Positions 24,105 through 37,329 of a DNA stretch of 64,000 nt are shown here, piece by piece. The DNA comes from Octopus sinensis (taxonomy: Eukaryota). A model generated the notes under the pieces. It was given only the letters and a program-made list of their open reading frames with translations. It did no database searches and was not told where the DNA came from. Each line of letters starts with the position of its first letter. Position 1 is the first letter of the stretch. The DNA lies in assembly GCF_006345805.1 (NCBI RefSeq), contig NC_043002.1, positions 113,894,001 through 113,958,000 of the forward strand, read 5' to 3'. The translations under genes and the position numbers were made by a program.

Positions 24105-26100
24105 TTAAATATAGCTGGCAACATCTTGAAGAAAAAGATTTATTTTGCAAGTACTTCAATTATATCATTTTTATCTTGGTTTCTGTAAATTGATCCACTG
24201 CTTTCCCAATAACCCTAAACTAATCTCAACCCTAATACATACTCTAAACTTCAAACTTAATTCTTACTTGTACACTTCCAATCCAATTCTGAAGTTCAAC
24301 AGTAACTGCAGTCATTTCTTAAACCACAAAACTTGAAAAAAAAAGTTGTTTCAGAAAGTAAATAGGAGAAAACATGTTCCTTACAGTTGTTGAGAATTTG
24401 CAAAATAACAGAAGATGAACGAAATTGATTCAATATCTAGGAATTAAAAATTTAGAACGTAAAGACATGCAAAAAATGTTATGATAAAATGTAAGCATCC
24501 AAATATTTTTGCATTATTATAACTAATATTTCTTTCTTTTTGCTTAAATTGTTATATAGCCATCCGACCCAAACCAAGAGGATAAAATTCCAAAGAAATC
24601 CCTGATTTGTAAAGAAGACAGGTTGCTGATTAGTCTAAGGGTAGATTATTTCAGTGACAAACAGTCAGAAATCTCTTCACAGAAAAATTACCAAAATCTA
24701 CCAACATAATCAGGACTATTGTATAATTTAGAATAAATATCAGGAATACTTCAAGCTACAGTTTCAAAACTCATTAATTTTATACGAAGTTGCTGAAATT
24801 AAAGCATCCAATGTAATGTGAACAAAGTATTAATGATGTACAAGTAAGCCACATGATGAATCTATTCATAATTTCATCTTTGTCTATTTCTTAGTTCTTT
24901 TTATTTGTTTTATTAGTTCTCTCATGCTTTTCTTCTCTTATACCAACCACCCCTCACACAACTTCTCTTATTCTCCCTTTCTTTTTCTTAGCTGCCTCAC
25001 ATCGTTAATATGCACAAAACAATTAATTGTACAATGTATACTTTATGTGAAAGCACATAGCTTCGTGGTTAGATATAACTACATAAAATATATCATATAG
25101 GTAAATAAAAGAAATATAAAATAAATCAGAGTATGAAATATTCAGCAACAATATTATCTAACCATTGCTCCTGTATTCACCCTGAAATAATAAGTACCAA
25201 CTTAAAATTCCAAACAGAAACAACATCCAAGGTTTGATTATGTTGTTATTTGAGAAGCCTTAAATATTTTTTTATGATTAGCCTCCAAGATACTGAATAT
25301 TTCATTAATGGCATGCTGAATTAGTTAAACTTGCTGTTTTGAATATATTTTGTATTTTTTATTTAGTCATTAGACAAATCCATGCTTAATGAATGTCATG
25401 TGGGTAGCATTGTCTGCTATTACAAAACAGAGGTAATTCACTGATGAGAAAAATGATTCAATGGGTTGAAAACAAGTATTAAATTTGTATGTTATGCATA
25501 TCAAGGTTGGGGAAGCTTCATGCAACTCTTAGGAAAAAACGCCATCTACATTTCAAAGTGGATAGCCATAGTATAAACAACCTAGTGAAATACCAACAAT
25601 TTGTGTACACATGCATACACACATATCTGTGTGTGTGTGTGTGGCAGGGTGGGGATGTTTCCATTTGGTTTCTTCTCTGGCAATTGACCCAACACACATT
25701 TGTCTGTGGAGTCTAACATCTACCGACAGCATCATTTCCGTTTGGTAACGTAACTTCCAGGAAGATATACTTCATTTTTGTCTTCAATCTTCACAGTATA
25801 ATTATACAGACAATGACTACAGACTTTCCAAACGATAAAGAGTTAGCAGATAGTGACTCTGATCTTTGAAGTAGCTCACAACATAGCCCCTCCACTATGG
25901 ACTCTCACTCCTCTCATCGTTGCTATTGTGTCTCACCTCCCAAATCCTGACCAAACACTTTTCCCAATCATTTGTCTCGAGACCAAAACCTTTTGGAATT
26001 TTGCCGTGTTATTCAGTCGGTGTTTTGATTCGCTTACAATGTTTTCAATTAAGACATAAATATCAAAATCTCCTATTTATTACCCTAATATTCCTCAAAA

Positions 26101-26425
26101 GACACATGGCTCAGTGGTTAGAGCGTCAGGTTCACAGTCATGAGGTAGTGAGTTTGATACCTGGACTGGACTGTATGTTGTGTTCTTGAGCAAGACACTT
26201 TATTTCACGTTGCTCCAGTTCACTCAGCTGTAGAAATAAGTTGCCACGTCACTAGTGCCAAGATGTATCGACCCCTTTGCCTTTCCCTTGGATAACATCA
26301 ATGGCATGGGGAGGAGGCTGGTATGCATGGGTGACTGCTGGTATTCCATAAACAAATTTGCCCGGACTTGCGCCTTGGAGAGTGACTTTCTCGGTGCAAT
26401 CCCATGGTCATTCATGACTGAAGGG
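26101..26425 (+). mobile_element. tRNA-derived SINE family D
   Basis: A-box tggctcagtggttagagc, B-box-like gagtttgatacc, CORE-like ttcttgagcaagacacttt. Confidence 0.75.
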
Positions 26426-27444
26426 GTCTTTACCCTTTTTTTTTATATCCCTCAAATATCTGAAACTTCATGCTGATGTTAAAATGGATCATAAGCAAAC
26501 AAGAGTTATTAGTAAAAGTTAGTATATGAAGAAATTCAAAGCTAACGTGAGAGCAGAAATACAGGAGATGTCTGCAGCAAGGAAACAAAATATAATTTGT
26601 TCTGACAAATCCTTTTCATGCCAGTATGAAAAATGGCAAATATATTCATGCCACTCACCACTTCTGTATATATTTGGGATATCTAAAATAAAGAAATAAC
26701 AGTAGTTGATTAAGAGAATTAGTACTGTTTCATCAAATTACTATGTTACTGTATGTTACTTCTACTTCATTAGAAATAACAATTACTCTAATAAAGTGAA
26801 GATTTAATTATTTCCCATAGCGTTGCTATGTTTAAATGCAATTGTTCATCATATATTTAAATGACCTTGATTAATTTTTTAACTTGGTGGGACAAACTGC
26901 TGGGTAGGCATCTCATTTTCAATATCCTGTGTAGAGATTTCAGCTCAAAATTCCAAGAGGCTGAAATACTCATTAAATCACACAGAATCATCCATAATAG
27001 GAACTTGTGCCTCCCTACAACATCCTTATGATTAATAATTTAGTAAAGAGGATAGGAAGGTCAATGTGGTTAACATTCATCTTGAACAACTGCAAGAAGG
27101 CATCTGCAGGAAACACATGGACAAGGTAGGAATACTCTGGGGAAGAAGGATTGGGGAAATGTAAGTGACAAGAGAAGGACAAATAAATGTGTCAGTTGGT
27201 TGGGTGGAAGTGGTATGGAACTATCTCCCTGAAGTAGGGGCCACTGTCACAGAAAAGGAAATGCAGGAAAACACCCATCCAAAGACCAGAGGGTCAAATA
27301 TGTTGGTGAGTGACTCCATGTCAATCAATCAGATGTCCCTTTTACTTCCTGTTTTTTAATGACATTACAGATTGATAGATTCAGCCATTGAAAGTTAAGA
27401 ACGCTTTCTTAGAAATAATGCTAGCGGCAAGGTACACAAATACT

Positions 27445-27657
27445 GGTTTCAAATTTTGACACAGGGCAGCAAGTTCAGGGCAGGGGGTAAGCTGATCATA
27501 TCGACCCCAGTGCTCAACTGGTATTTATTTTATTGACTCTGAAAGGATGAAAGACAAAGTCAACCTCGGTGGAATTTGAACTCAGAATGTAGAGATAGAC
27601 GAAATGCTACTAAGCATTTGGCTTGGCATGCTAATGATTCTGCCAGCCCACTGCCCT
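27445..27657 (-). mobile_element. SINE family B variant
   Basis: atcgaccccagtgctcaactggta...gaaaggatgaaagacaaagtcaacctcggtggaatttgaactcag...ctgccag. Confidence 0.85.
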
Positions 27658-29196
27658 CAAATACACAAATATTGTCAAACAAAAGTGTCTACCAACCAAT
27701 CAATTTGCTAATGAAATGATTCATTACTGCTCTAAGTTTTAAAACATTTCTAATTTTTTGACATTGGTTAAGATTTCCATTTCATTTATATCAAAGATCA
27801 GATTAAATATACACCACTGAACAGTGCTTCTGAAATTTAAAACTGTAAAATGAACTTAGCTGTCTACTAGTTTATATTTCTGAGTGCAAACCTGCTACCA
27901 TAGACACTTTTACAATTTTTATTAACCTTGCTTTGTGGGAAACTAATTCTAAGTGTCTTAACAGGTGCATGTAGCTCGTGGGTTACTTTGATTGACTGAC
28001 TAATATACTAATATCTCAGCGATTTCCAGCATTATCCAACACTTGAAGTCCTTTAGTTTGCTTTAATCTCTATAGTGATAAAATTAATTCAGAAAAATTG
28101 CTATAATTTCTTTACTTTCTTACACAATACTAGCAATGTTAGTAGCTTATAGCACTAGTAAAACTGGGTTAAGTATAAAGATTACAGGAAAAATGTTTCA
28201 ACAGATCAAAACATGCAGTTTTAGTTACTGTACCTAACCTTTCAGTTGAGCAGACCAACATTAGGAAGACTTCAATAACCATAGTAACTTACTTACCTAC
28301 AATATAGCAATACTAAAACATTAATAACAAAAACAGAATCATGTTCAATAAAATATTAGAAGTAATTGATATTATTATTGTGAAGGTATCAGTAGTTATG
28401 ATGTTGATGATAATAGCTATGATGATGATGATGATATCAGTTAGTACTGCACAATAAATATTTTTCCAAGAAAGTATGAAAGACATACTTAAGACTTTTT
28501 TTTATTTCTTTTACTTTCGTTTTTTGAAAATGAAAATAGAGAAAATACTCATGAAATATTTATGGAATTTTGAAAATTACAAAAATAAATTCTTAAACTG
28601 TACTAAGAATATCAAGAAGCAAATGCTCAAATTGGGATGCTGGTATGAATGTTTTTTTTAAGTTAATCAGAGTTTCAAAAATTATTTCACACATACTTTA
28701 GATAATTAGTTCTATTTTTAATTATTTACTAGGGATATAATTAGAATAACTGTCCAATAATATATTCAGTTTGATATTAGATATAGGTGCAGGCTTGGCT
28801 CTGTGGTTAAGAACTTTGTTTCACAACCACATGACTGAGTTCAGTCCTATTGTGCAACACCTTATACAAGTGTCTTCTGGTACAACTCTTGGTTGATTAC
28901 TGTCTTGTGAGTGAACTTAGTAGACAGAAGCTATACAAAACCTACTCTGTGTGTGGGCCTGTGTGCGTCTGCATAGTTTTTTAGAAATCATCCAGTCATA
29001 TACACAAAATATAAAATACAATATGAAAGACACTGAATAAGTAAATATTTTAAATTACGATATCACTGATACACATTTTTTGTAGGATCCACAGTTGTGT
29101 GGTAGAGCTGTTGTATTTTGTTCATTAAGATTGTTGGTTGTCCAGCCACTTGCATTTTTTCTGATATCAAAATAAGGGTTGAGTATAGTGTGTGTG

Positions 29197-29243
<47 letters not shown>

Positions 29244-29249
29244 CACTGT

Positions 29250-29630
29250 GGAGGCGCAATGGCCCAGTGGTTAAGGCAGCGGACTCGTGGTCATAGGATC
29301 GCGGTTTCGATTCCCAGACCGGGCGTTGTGAGTGTTTATTGAGCGAAAACACCTAAGGCCCCATGAGGCTCTGGCAGGGGATGGTGATGATCCCTGCTGT
29401 ACTCATTCACCACAACTTTCTCTCACTCTTACTTCCTGTTTCTGTTGTACCTGTATTTCAAAGGGCCAGCCTTGTCACTCTCTGTGTCACGCTGAATATC
29501 CCCGAGAACTACGTTAAGGGTACACGTGTCTGTGGAGTGCTCAGCCACTTACACGTTAATTTCACGAGCAGCTGTTCCATTGATTCGGATCAACCGGAAC
29601 CCTCGTCATCGTAACCGATGGAGTGCTTCC
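29250..29630 (+). mobile_element. Full-length tRNA-derived SINE family C
   Basis: A-box tggcccagtgg and B-box-like ggtttcgattccc. Near-identical reverse complement at 49160-49540. Confidence 0.92.
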
Positions 29631-29639
29631 TGTCCTGTG

Positions 29640-29699
29640 TGAACCACTTCTACTCCTACAATTTTCGACTAAGTTTCGCCAAATTTGACAGGTGTGGTC

Positions 29700-29736
<37 letters not shown>

Positions 29737-29855
29737 GTACATATACATATAAAGGTGGTGCTCCAGCATGGCTGCAGTCACACTACTCAAACACATAAAA
29801 CAATAAAAAAAACTATGCCATTTTAATCCCAAGCAATGCCGGGTATCTCTGCTAG
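29640..29855 (+). mobile_element. Non-autonomous Helitron 3' portion
   Basis: Ends cccaagcaatgccggg-tatctctg-CTAG|T, a decayed subterminal hairpin plus CTAG. A similar end lies at 31877. Confidence 0.6.
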
Positions 29856-30257
29856 TATATATAAAACTCAGATTGTGTGTGTGTAAACCCACATAACTTC
29901 TGAAGTTCACAACTGAATTTCTCCAAACTGGAAACATACATTACTTATGCTCCAGAGATGGTTTTAGACTCTTAAAATTTTTTACATAATAAGTAATGGG
30001 GCCTATGGGAGAAAAAAATACCCTTCCCTGGGTTACATACAATTACTGTGGACAAAAGGGGTAATTCTTTACGAAGAACTTTCAGAAATTGATTGTCTCC
30101 ATTACATCCAGTGCAATTAATTTGATTACGTGTGTTACTTGGTACAAAACTGTTCTGCTGAACATTTTTCGTCTTTTTAGAATATTGATATTAATTAATG
30201 TTTTTTATTGACATTTAATTAACATAACAGTATCATCTCAATTCATTGTATGTGGTC

Positions 30258-31160
30258 ATCATCATCATTGTTTAACGTCTGCTGTCTATGCTGGCATGGG
30301 TGAACAGTTTGACTAAGTAATGGCAGGCTGGGAGGCTGCACCAGGCTCCAATCTGATTTGGCATGGTTTCTACATCTGGATGTCCTTCATAATGCCAACC
30401 ATTCCAAGATTGTAGTGAGTGCTTTTTACGTGTCACTGGCACAGGAGCCAGGCAGGCAGCACTGGCATTAGCCACGCTCAATGGTGCTTTTTACATGCCA
30501 CTGGCACGTGAGCCAGTCAGGCGGCACTAGCATCAGCAACAACTATGATTTCATTCAGTTCAACAGGTCTCCACAAGCACAGCATATTGGTCAACAATTG
30601 AAGGGTGCTTTTAAACAGGTCAGTTATGGAACACTGGCATCAGCCATGGCTACAATCTTACTTGGTTTGCCGGATCTTCTCAAGCACTGCATATCTCCAA
30701 AGGTCTTGGTCACTAATCATTGCCTCTGAGGCTCAATGTTTGAAGGTTGTGCTTCACCACCTCATCCCATGTCTATAGCTGTCCTCATCTATATGCATCA
30801 CATGGCCATACCAGTGCAGTCATCTCTCTTGCACTCCACATCTGATGCTTCTTATGTCCAACTTTTCTCTCAGGGTGCTTACACTCTGTCATGTATGCAC
30901 ACTGACATTATACATCCAGTGGAGCACACTAGCTTCATTTCTTTCAAGTCTATGTATGTCCTCAGCAGTCACAGCCCATGTTTCACTGCCAAATAGCGTG
31001 GCTGTTTGCACACAGGCATCATACAGTCTACCTTTCACTCTGAGTGAGAAGCCCTTTGTTACCAGCAGAGGTAGGATCTCTCTGAACTTTGCCCAGCCTA
31101 TTCTTATTCTAGCAGTTACACTCTCAGAGCATCCACCCACCACTACTGACTCGGTTACCC
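30258..31160 (-). mobile_element. RTE-clade LINE 3' fragment (ORF C-terminus, 3'UTR, (TGA)n tail)
   Basis: ORF 30889-31143 reads GGCSESVTARIRIGWAKFREILPLLVTKGFSLRVKGRLYDACVQTATLFGSETWAVTAEDIHRLERNEASVLHWM (RTE YGSETW region). The 3'UTR matches the other RTE tails in the window. Confidence 0.9.
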
Positions 31161-31199
31161 ATGTATTTCTTAAAATTTTCTAAGATATTAATATTATTT

Positions 31200-31877
31200 A
31201 CCTTTTTTATTGACATTTCATTATTAATGTATAATTGTCACCTTAGTTTATTACGTCATACTTCTTGACATAATGTCTCCAAAGAAGAGATCCTCCATTG
31301 GTCGAAAAACAGCAGTAGCAGAGTAATTGAAAAGAAGGAGAGCAAATGAAGTGTCACATGAGACTTCAATTAGACAATCACAAACTGCCATTTGTAGAGT
31401 TACTACAAGAGCAATGGAAAGTGATGAGTAAAGTATTTACCTGGCCAGGAATGCTGCATTAACGGATCCAGGTAATCCCTCCATCCTTACCATGTCATTT
31501 CCTTCATGTAGGTTTTCTCTCATGTGGTGCTGCTGAGTGCGCCCACACGCTTAATTTATCACATAGATGTACTTCCTATGTCTGCTGATTGTTCAGCATG
31601 GTAGCGGCAGCACCAACAGCTGCAAAGGATAGTATATCTACTGAGAGGTTTTTGGGTGCATTCAAAAATCACATACATGCCACCCACTTTTCCATAGGGC
31701 TTGGAATCTTCCAAACAGATGCATGACATGTCACTTAGTCAAGTTAGCCCTTCGTTTACTCCACAAATGTTTTGTCGTCAATGCTGCACTTCCTTGTACC
31801 AAATGTTTCAACTTAACTGTACCACATATACAAACTATGACATTTAAATCTTGAGCAATGCTGGATATGTCTGCTAG
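31200..31877 (+). mobile_element. Degenerate Helitron remnant
   Basis: Stub from 31273, MSPKKRSSIGRKTAVAE*LKRRRANE...RAMESDE, resembles Helitron RepHel N-termini. The 3' end is gagcaatgctggatatgtctgCTAG|T. Confidence 0.45.
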
Positions 31878-34257
31878 TTAAAGATAAAGTCTTTGATTTC
31901 ATTCCATGATTATGTTTGTTTAAAAGCATTTACTATATACATTAATTTTTCAACATGTTTTAATAAACAGAATTGTGAATATGTGCCTCTTTCTTGTACA
32001 TATATGAAGGGTATAACAAAGGATATAGTTTTCAAAGATGTTCTCTCTTAAGACTACATCTTCAGCATTATTTATGTGTATTTTACACCTTCTCCAGAAT
32101 CAAATGCTTCAGAAAAAATGCAATTTCAAAAGAAATTATATTTCCTGTTTATATATCAACTTCAACATAACTGAAATTTCTGGGGATGTTACTAAATTCA
32201 TCAAAAATAAAGTAAAATATGAGTAAAACATGGCCAAATGGCTAAAGAAATCAGCTTCACAATTACAAGGTCCTGGGTTCAATCCCACAACATAGCATCT
32301 TAGGCAAGTGCCTTTTACCATAGCCTTAGGTCAACCCAAGCCTTGTGAGTGAAACTGTGTCAACAGGAATTGCTTGGTGGTCCACCAGATCATTTTTTAC
32401 ATTTAATTCAAATGGCCAATCTTATCACACACTATGTCATGCTGATTCATCTTGCAGTTTACATTAAGGGTACAAATATCTGTAAAATACACAGCAAATT
32501 TACATGCTAAGGTCACTCAGTTGATTAAATAACTGAATGCTCCTCATTGAGCTTGAGAGAGAATCTGTTTTGTTTAGAAATAAGAGTTGTGTGCTTCAAA
32601 GGCTGAAAATCTATTCCAATTTCAAGCTTGTAAATGCACTCTGCTCGAAGCTCAAATTATTATCCAAATATTATAATGTTCCAGATAATGTGGTCTCATT
32701 TGCACATGCCATTAGCACATAGTGTTGCATACCAAGTTAAAAAAATAAAGTACATTGCAAATTATTCTAGTAAAAATATTTTGATAGTAAACATTAGTAA
32801 CCGTAATTTGAAACAGAAAAATTTGCTACAGGCCCGGTAACAGGATTTGAACCAGAAATCTATTACTTACCAGTAACCACATTACTGATTATACCACAGA
32901 GCATTGCTATTCTTCTCAACAATAATCAGAAACAATTTATAGCAAGTGTTCTATAGTATAATCAATAAGAAAGTTTCTTGGCAAGTGACAGATATATTAT
33001 TCCTGCCCAGTCTTATGCAACTGTTATTCTTTTCAAATTGCTGCTTATATTGTCTTGATATTATTTTCATTAAAATTTTAAAAATTAATTCCAAATTTAT
33101 ATTTTCTTTAGTAATATTTCAGATTAACATTCATTAAAGGGTTGTGTAAATTCAACAGTTGCATGAATATTTAATACAAATTGCTTGCAGCTGGATGTTT
33201 TAATGTATCGAAAGTTCTGGCATTAAATGAATTGTACATCTTTCCAGCAAAGTTACTTGAAGTGTCTTAGGAACCCAGTGCTATCATCAACATTTCAAGT
33301 AAATTTCAGTGGTTCATTGTCTCAGCTATTTATAGAAGCATCAAAAATATTAAAGATCAAAATTATGACCAATGTAATGTACAAGTTAAGAAGCTATGAA
33401 CAAAACTAACTTTCAATCCAGTTTCAATTCCTCTTTTTACTTAAATCAGAAACCTTGAATTCAATACAAACAAATCTATAACTTCATTAAAAATTCTTAA
33501 GAATACATGCCAGAGAGGATCTGAATCATCCTACAAGATAACCAGATTTCTAACGTTAATTTTGCTTTGAATATTTCAAAAATATTCAAAAAGATTTAAA
33601 GAATACTGAATAGTAATTATACAAGTCATTTTAAATGGTTGGTAATGTAACTAGAGGCTGTATTATGCATAGATAATTAAAATATAATAACATGATTCTT
33701 AAATCAATAAACAATTGAGGGAATATTGTAGGACATATTCCCATTAAGAGAAAAATCTCATTTGTCATAGAGACAGAATGAATAACACCAAGAAATAGTT
33801 CATTCTTTAAGAATGAACTATAACACAATAAAACACAAATAAGTACATAAGAATTCTTTAAAATAATGTACATCAGTCTTTTATATTCTGCTGGCAAATA
33901 ATAGTAGTTGCTCAAGCTTCTTTCTTTTTTTTATTAAATATTTCTTACATTTTGATATATATTGAAAAACAATGGACTAAAATGTGTTTTAAAATGTCAT
34001 AAGAGTTTAGAGCATTCTGCACCTGACCATTCTAAAATGCAAAATTACTATTCCATAAAATTTTATTGAAATAAATAGATCAAATTTTTTTTATTGTCAA
34101 GAAATGTTCATACTTTAAAAGTTTATACATCATACCAAGCAGTGCAGCTAAAAAGATTGTGGACTCAAAAAATTTGAAATATTGGTGCAACTCCAACACC
34201 ATTCTGTCCTCAACCAAATTTTGAGGTTATCATACACAGGTTTAAAACTAAATACCC

Positions 34258-34668
34258 ATTACTCTCTTTTTACTCTTTTACTTGTTTCAGTCATTTGACT
34301 GTGGCCATGCTGGAGCACCGTCTTTCGTCGAGAAAATCGACCCCGGGACTTATTCTTTGTAAGCCCAGTACTTATTCTATCGGTTTCTTTTGCCGAACCA
34401 CTAAGTGACGGGGACATAAACACACCAGTATCGGTTGTCAAGCAATGCTAGGGGGACAAACACAGACACACAGACACACACACATACATATATATACATA
34501 TATACGACAGGCTTCTTTCAGTTTCCGTCTACGAAATCCACTCACAAGGCATTGGTCGGCCTGGGGCTATAGCAGAAGACACTTGCCCAAGATGCCACGT
34601 AGTGGGACTGAACCCGGAACCATGTGGTTGTTTAGCAAGTTACTTACCACACAGCCACTCCTGCGCCT
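34258..34668 (-). mobile_element. Full-length SINE family A
   Basis: Full-length match. Confidence 0.92.
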
Positions 34669-35196
34669 ATAGTGAATCAAAATTAAATACAAATCGTTTT
34701 TACATTAATATTCTATACCAACATATTTGAGACAATGTTTGAAAACGAATGGAAGCTGCCAGTCTAAACTAAGCAAGGCCATGGTTTGGTGTTTAAGAAA
34801 TACAACATTAAACCTAATGTCTGAAGTCTTGTGACCAGGTATTTAGTAGCACAATACTGTAACTTTATTGTTATTGATCCTTGGAATGTCAGACATCAAA
34901 AGAAAAAGAAAAAAAAGGAGACAGACAGACAGACAGAGAGATGATTGAATAATTATGGTACTCAGAGAGATACTCTCTTGTAACTGTCCATCTCGCACCA
35001 GCATAAAGATTAAAGATGAGGCTAATGATGGTGGTTACATAAATTCATGTGATTCACCGTCATATGTTCTCAGATATTATTGCTAATGTCAATCTTTCTA
35101 TCATTAAATGAGAATAATAGCTTCAAAAGGCAATAGTAGAATGTTTTTAACAGATTTTGAACTTGTAATCTCTAGTTCAGCAAATAAAGCTTTCAG

Positions 35197-35219
35197 TCAC
35201 ACACGATCATAATTCAAAG
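35197..35219 (-). CDS. Candidate terminal coding exon (phase 1): xLNYDRV*
   Basis: Strong acceptor ttttgtttttctatctcctcag in unique DNA. The phase is assumed and no homology was recognised. Confidence 0.25.
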
Positions 35220-35260
35220 CTGAGGAGATAGAAAAACAAAAGCAAAAAAATATACATTAC

Positions 35261-35310
35261 CATCAATCATCAAGAAAATGAACTTACCTAGAAAAAGAAA
35301 ACAAAAAGGG
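35261..35310 (-). other. Recursive-splice-site-like motif (polypyrimidine-AG|GTAAGT) with a possible 27-nt exon
   Basis: Minus strand: cctttttgttttctttttctag|GTAAGTtcattttcttgatgattgatg|gtaatg. Confidence 0.4.
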
Positions 35311-35315
35311 AACAA

Positions 35316-35357
<42 letters not shown>

Positions 35358-35495
35358 TATTATTCAGTTGATTAGAAATTGTGTATAGATACAATTTAGA
35401 ATTGGTGAAAAAGAAAAGTTTGAAAAAAAGTATCTTTATACATTTTCATCTTTAGTTTTAAAACTGATACTTACCATTATATGAGTTGTCCCTTC

Positions 35496-35595
35496 TTAAA
35501 TTTTAATATTTTTACCTTTTGCTCAATTTAAAATTTTAATATTTTTACCTTTTGCTCAATTTAAAATTTTAATATTTTTACCTTTTGCTCAATTT
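35496..35595. repeat. 33-bp tandem repeat, three copies
   Basis: Unit taaaattttaatatttttaccttttgctcaatt. Confidence 0.9.
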
Positions 35596-37149
35596 ACCTG
35601 GATTTACCTGTAATTAAAGTCACTTTGAGACAAAAGTTATGCAATAGAATTGATTAAGAACCCTTTCTTTAATTATGTTCCAAATATCACATTAATATGT
35701 TGATAAGTAAAAAAGTTACAGTTATTTAATGAAACAAGCCTAGATTCATGATTATTTTAGAATTTAATTGAAACTCATGAGGGGTATATTTTGGTCAGAA
35801 ATATAGTAACAAAAGGGTTAAGGTAAAGTTGGGCAATCTAGTAAACAAAGTCTACTTTCTAGTTTTTTACTCACAACTGAAACCATTTTGCTTCACTGAT
35901 ATAACTAAGAGTTTCAAAATAAAGTAACATTAGACATCCGATGCAGTCATCTGAGGCAGAAGAGAGAAATCAGCCTACCAAACGGAACTCACTCAGCAAA
36001 ATACATCCAAGTACTGCATCAATCATTCAATGATATTTCTCTTCAGATATAAATCTGAGGCATTATGTCAGTGTAATAAATCAATATTGCAGAGCTGCAC
36101 AATTCATGCATTATAGAAAATTATACGTAAACTAATTATAAAAAAGATGAACACAAGAAAAAAAAATAATGAAATCAATGGTTGTAAAACATAAAATTTT
36201 TTAAAAATTAAAGAAACAGCAAAAAGTTTGATGATATTTGATAAGATAAGGACGAATCAAGAAAGCAGAGCCAATTAGCAACTAGCAAGAATGAACATTA
36301 AAAATAAAAAAAAAAAAAAAAGATTAATTCAAAGACTAAGTTTTTAGATAGCTGAAGAGTTAATGAAATTTAATAATTGTCACAAATGATATCTGATTAA
36401 TCTTTTCATTACATCCTGTTCTGTAATGGAATTTAAAATGTCATGCATGCTAGTTTAATTGGAGATTCTATCAATTTGCTAGAAATTTCTTTATTATATT
36501 AATTTTATTTCATCAATATTATTAACAATCTTTTTTTAAACTTTATTATAATTTTTTTTTTTTTTAATAACAGAAAGGGACTCTGAATCATTAGCTCATG
36601 TGATTCTCAAGCAATGAAAGAGTGAGTAAATAGAAGGGATAGGACAAGGTTGGGTTACAAAATTATAAAAGTTATGTAATTATGTCAGAGTTCAATCTTA
36701 TTCTTGATATTTAAAATGTGAACATCAGATCCTGATAAAATATCAGTTTGCAGTCGGAATGCTTTCAGTCTATTCTACTTTATTTCCATTTCATTATATC
36801 CAACTCCAACTGCTATCCATCATTTAGGTCAGATACTTTAAACAGTATACAGATATACTACAGAGACTAATTTGATATTATATTTTTACTGGGTTCAGCC
36901 ATTCGTGTTTATATTGGGGAACAGCCTCCAAGAGTGTAGTGGTTTTCATCAAGCTTCAGTAAATATTTTAGTGACCTTAAAAGGATAAAAGGAAAACTGG
37001 GCTTGGGAAGGATTAAAATTCAGAACATAACCAAATACAAAACAGCAGAGCAGAATCAACTAATATCAATTATCCTGCCTAGGTTTTAACAGATAAAACC
37101 TATCATCAACAACTGGAGCATTTTTTCATGATTTTCAATTTCAATATTA

Positions 37150-37329
37150 AACATGTTCTTTTCTGTGACTTCATCTTCTGCCTCCAACAAACACCTCAAA
37201 ATATGCAAAAATATTGTAAATATTGTAATTTATCGAATTCAGAAAATTTTTCAGGTCGATGTAAATTGCAGTACACCCCCATCCCTCCTTGTGGAGGCAG
37301 AAGATGAAGTCCCAGAAAAAAAATATGTT
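37150..37329. repeat. Foldback with about 38-bp outer arms and an inner stem of about 16 bp
   Basis: ttttctgtgacttcatcttctgcctcca versus tggaggcagaagatgaagtcccagaaaa (one mismatch in 28). Confidence 0.85.

Noticed and set aside
27050-27360. Possible GIY-YIG/Penelope coding remnant (KYVGE*)
   Set aside because: The motif is too short and interrupted to support a call.
35875-35950. 76-nt minus-strand exon candidate (xDCIGCLMLLYFETLSYISEAKWFQ)
   Set aside because: The splice sites look good, but the peptide is unrecognisable and flanking introns would be implausibly short (42 nt). Not supportable without RNA data.
36571-36618. Plus-strand 48-nt exon-like segment with good splice sites
   Set aside because: Stops in all three frames and no supporting neighbours.
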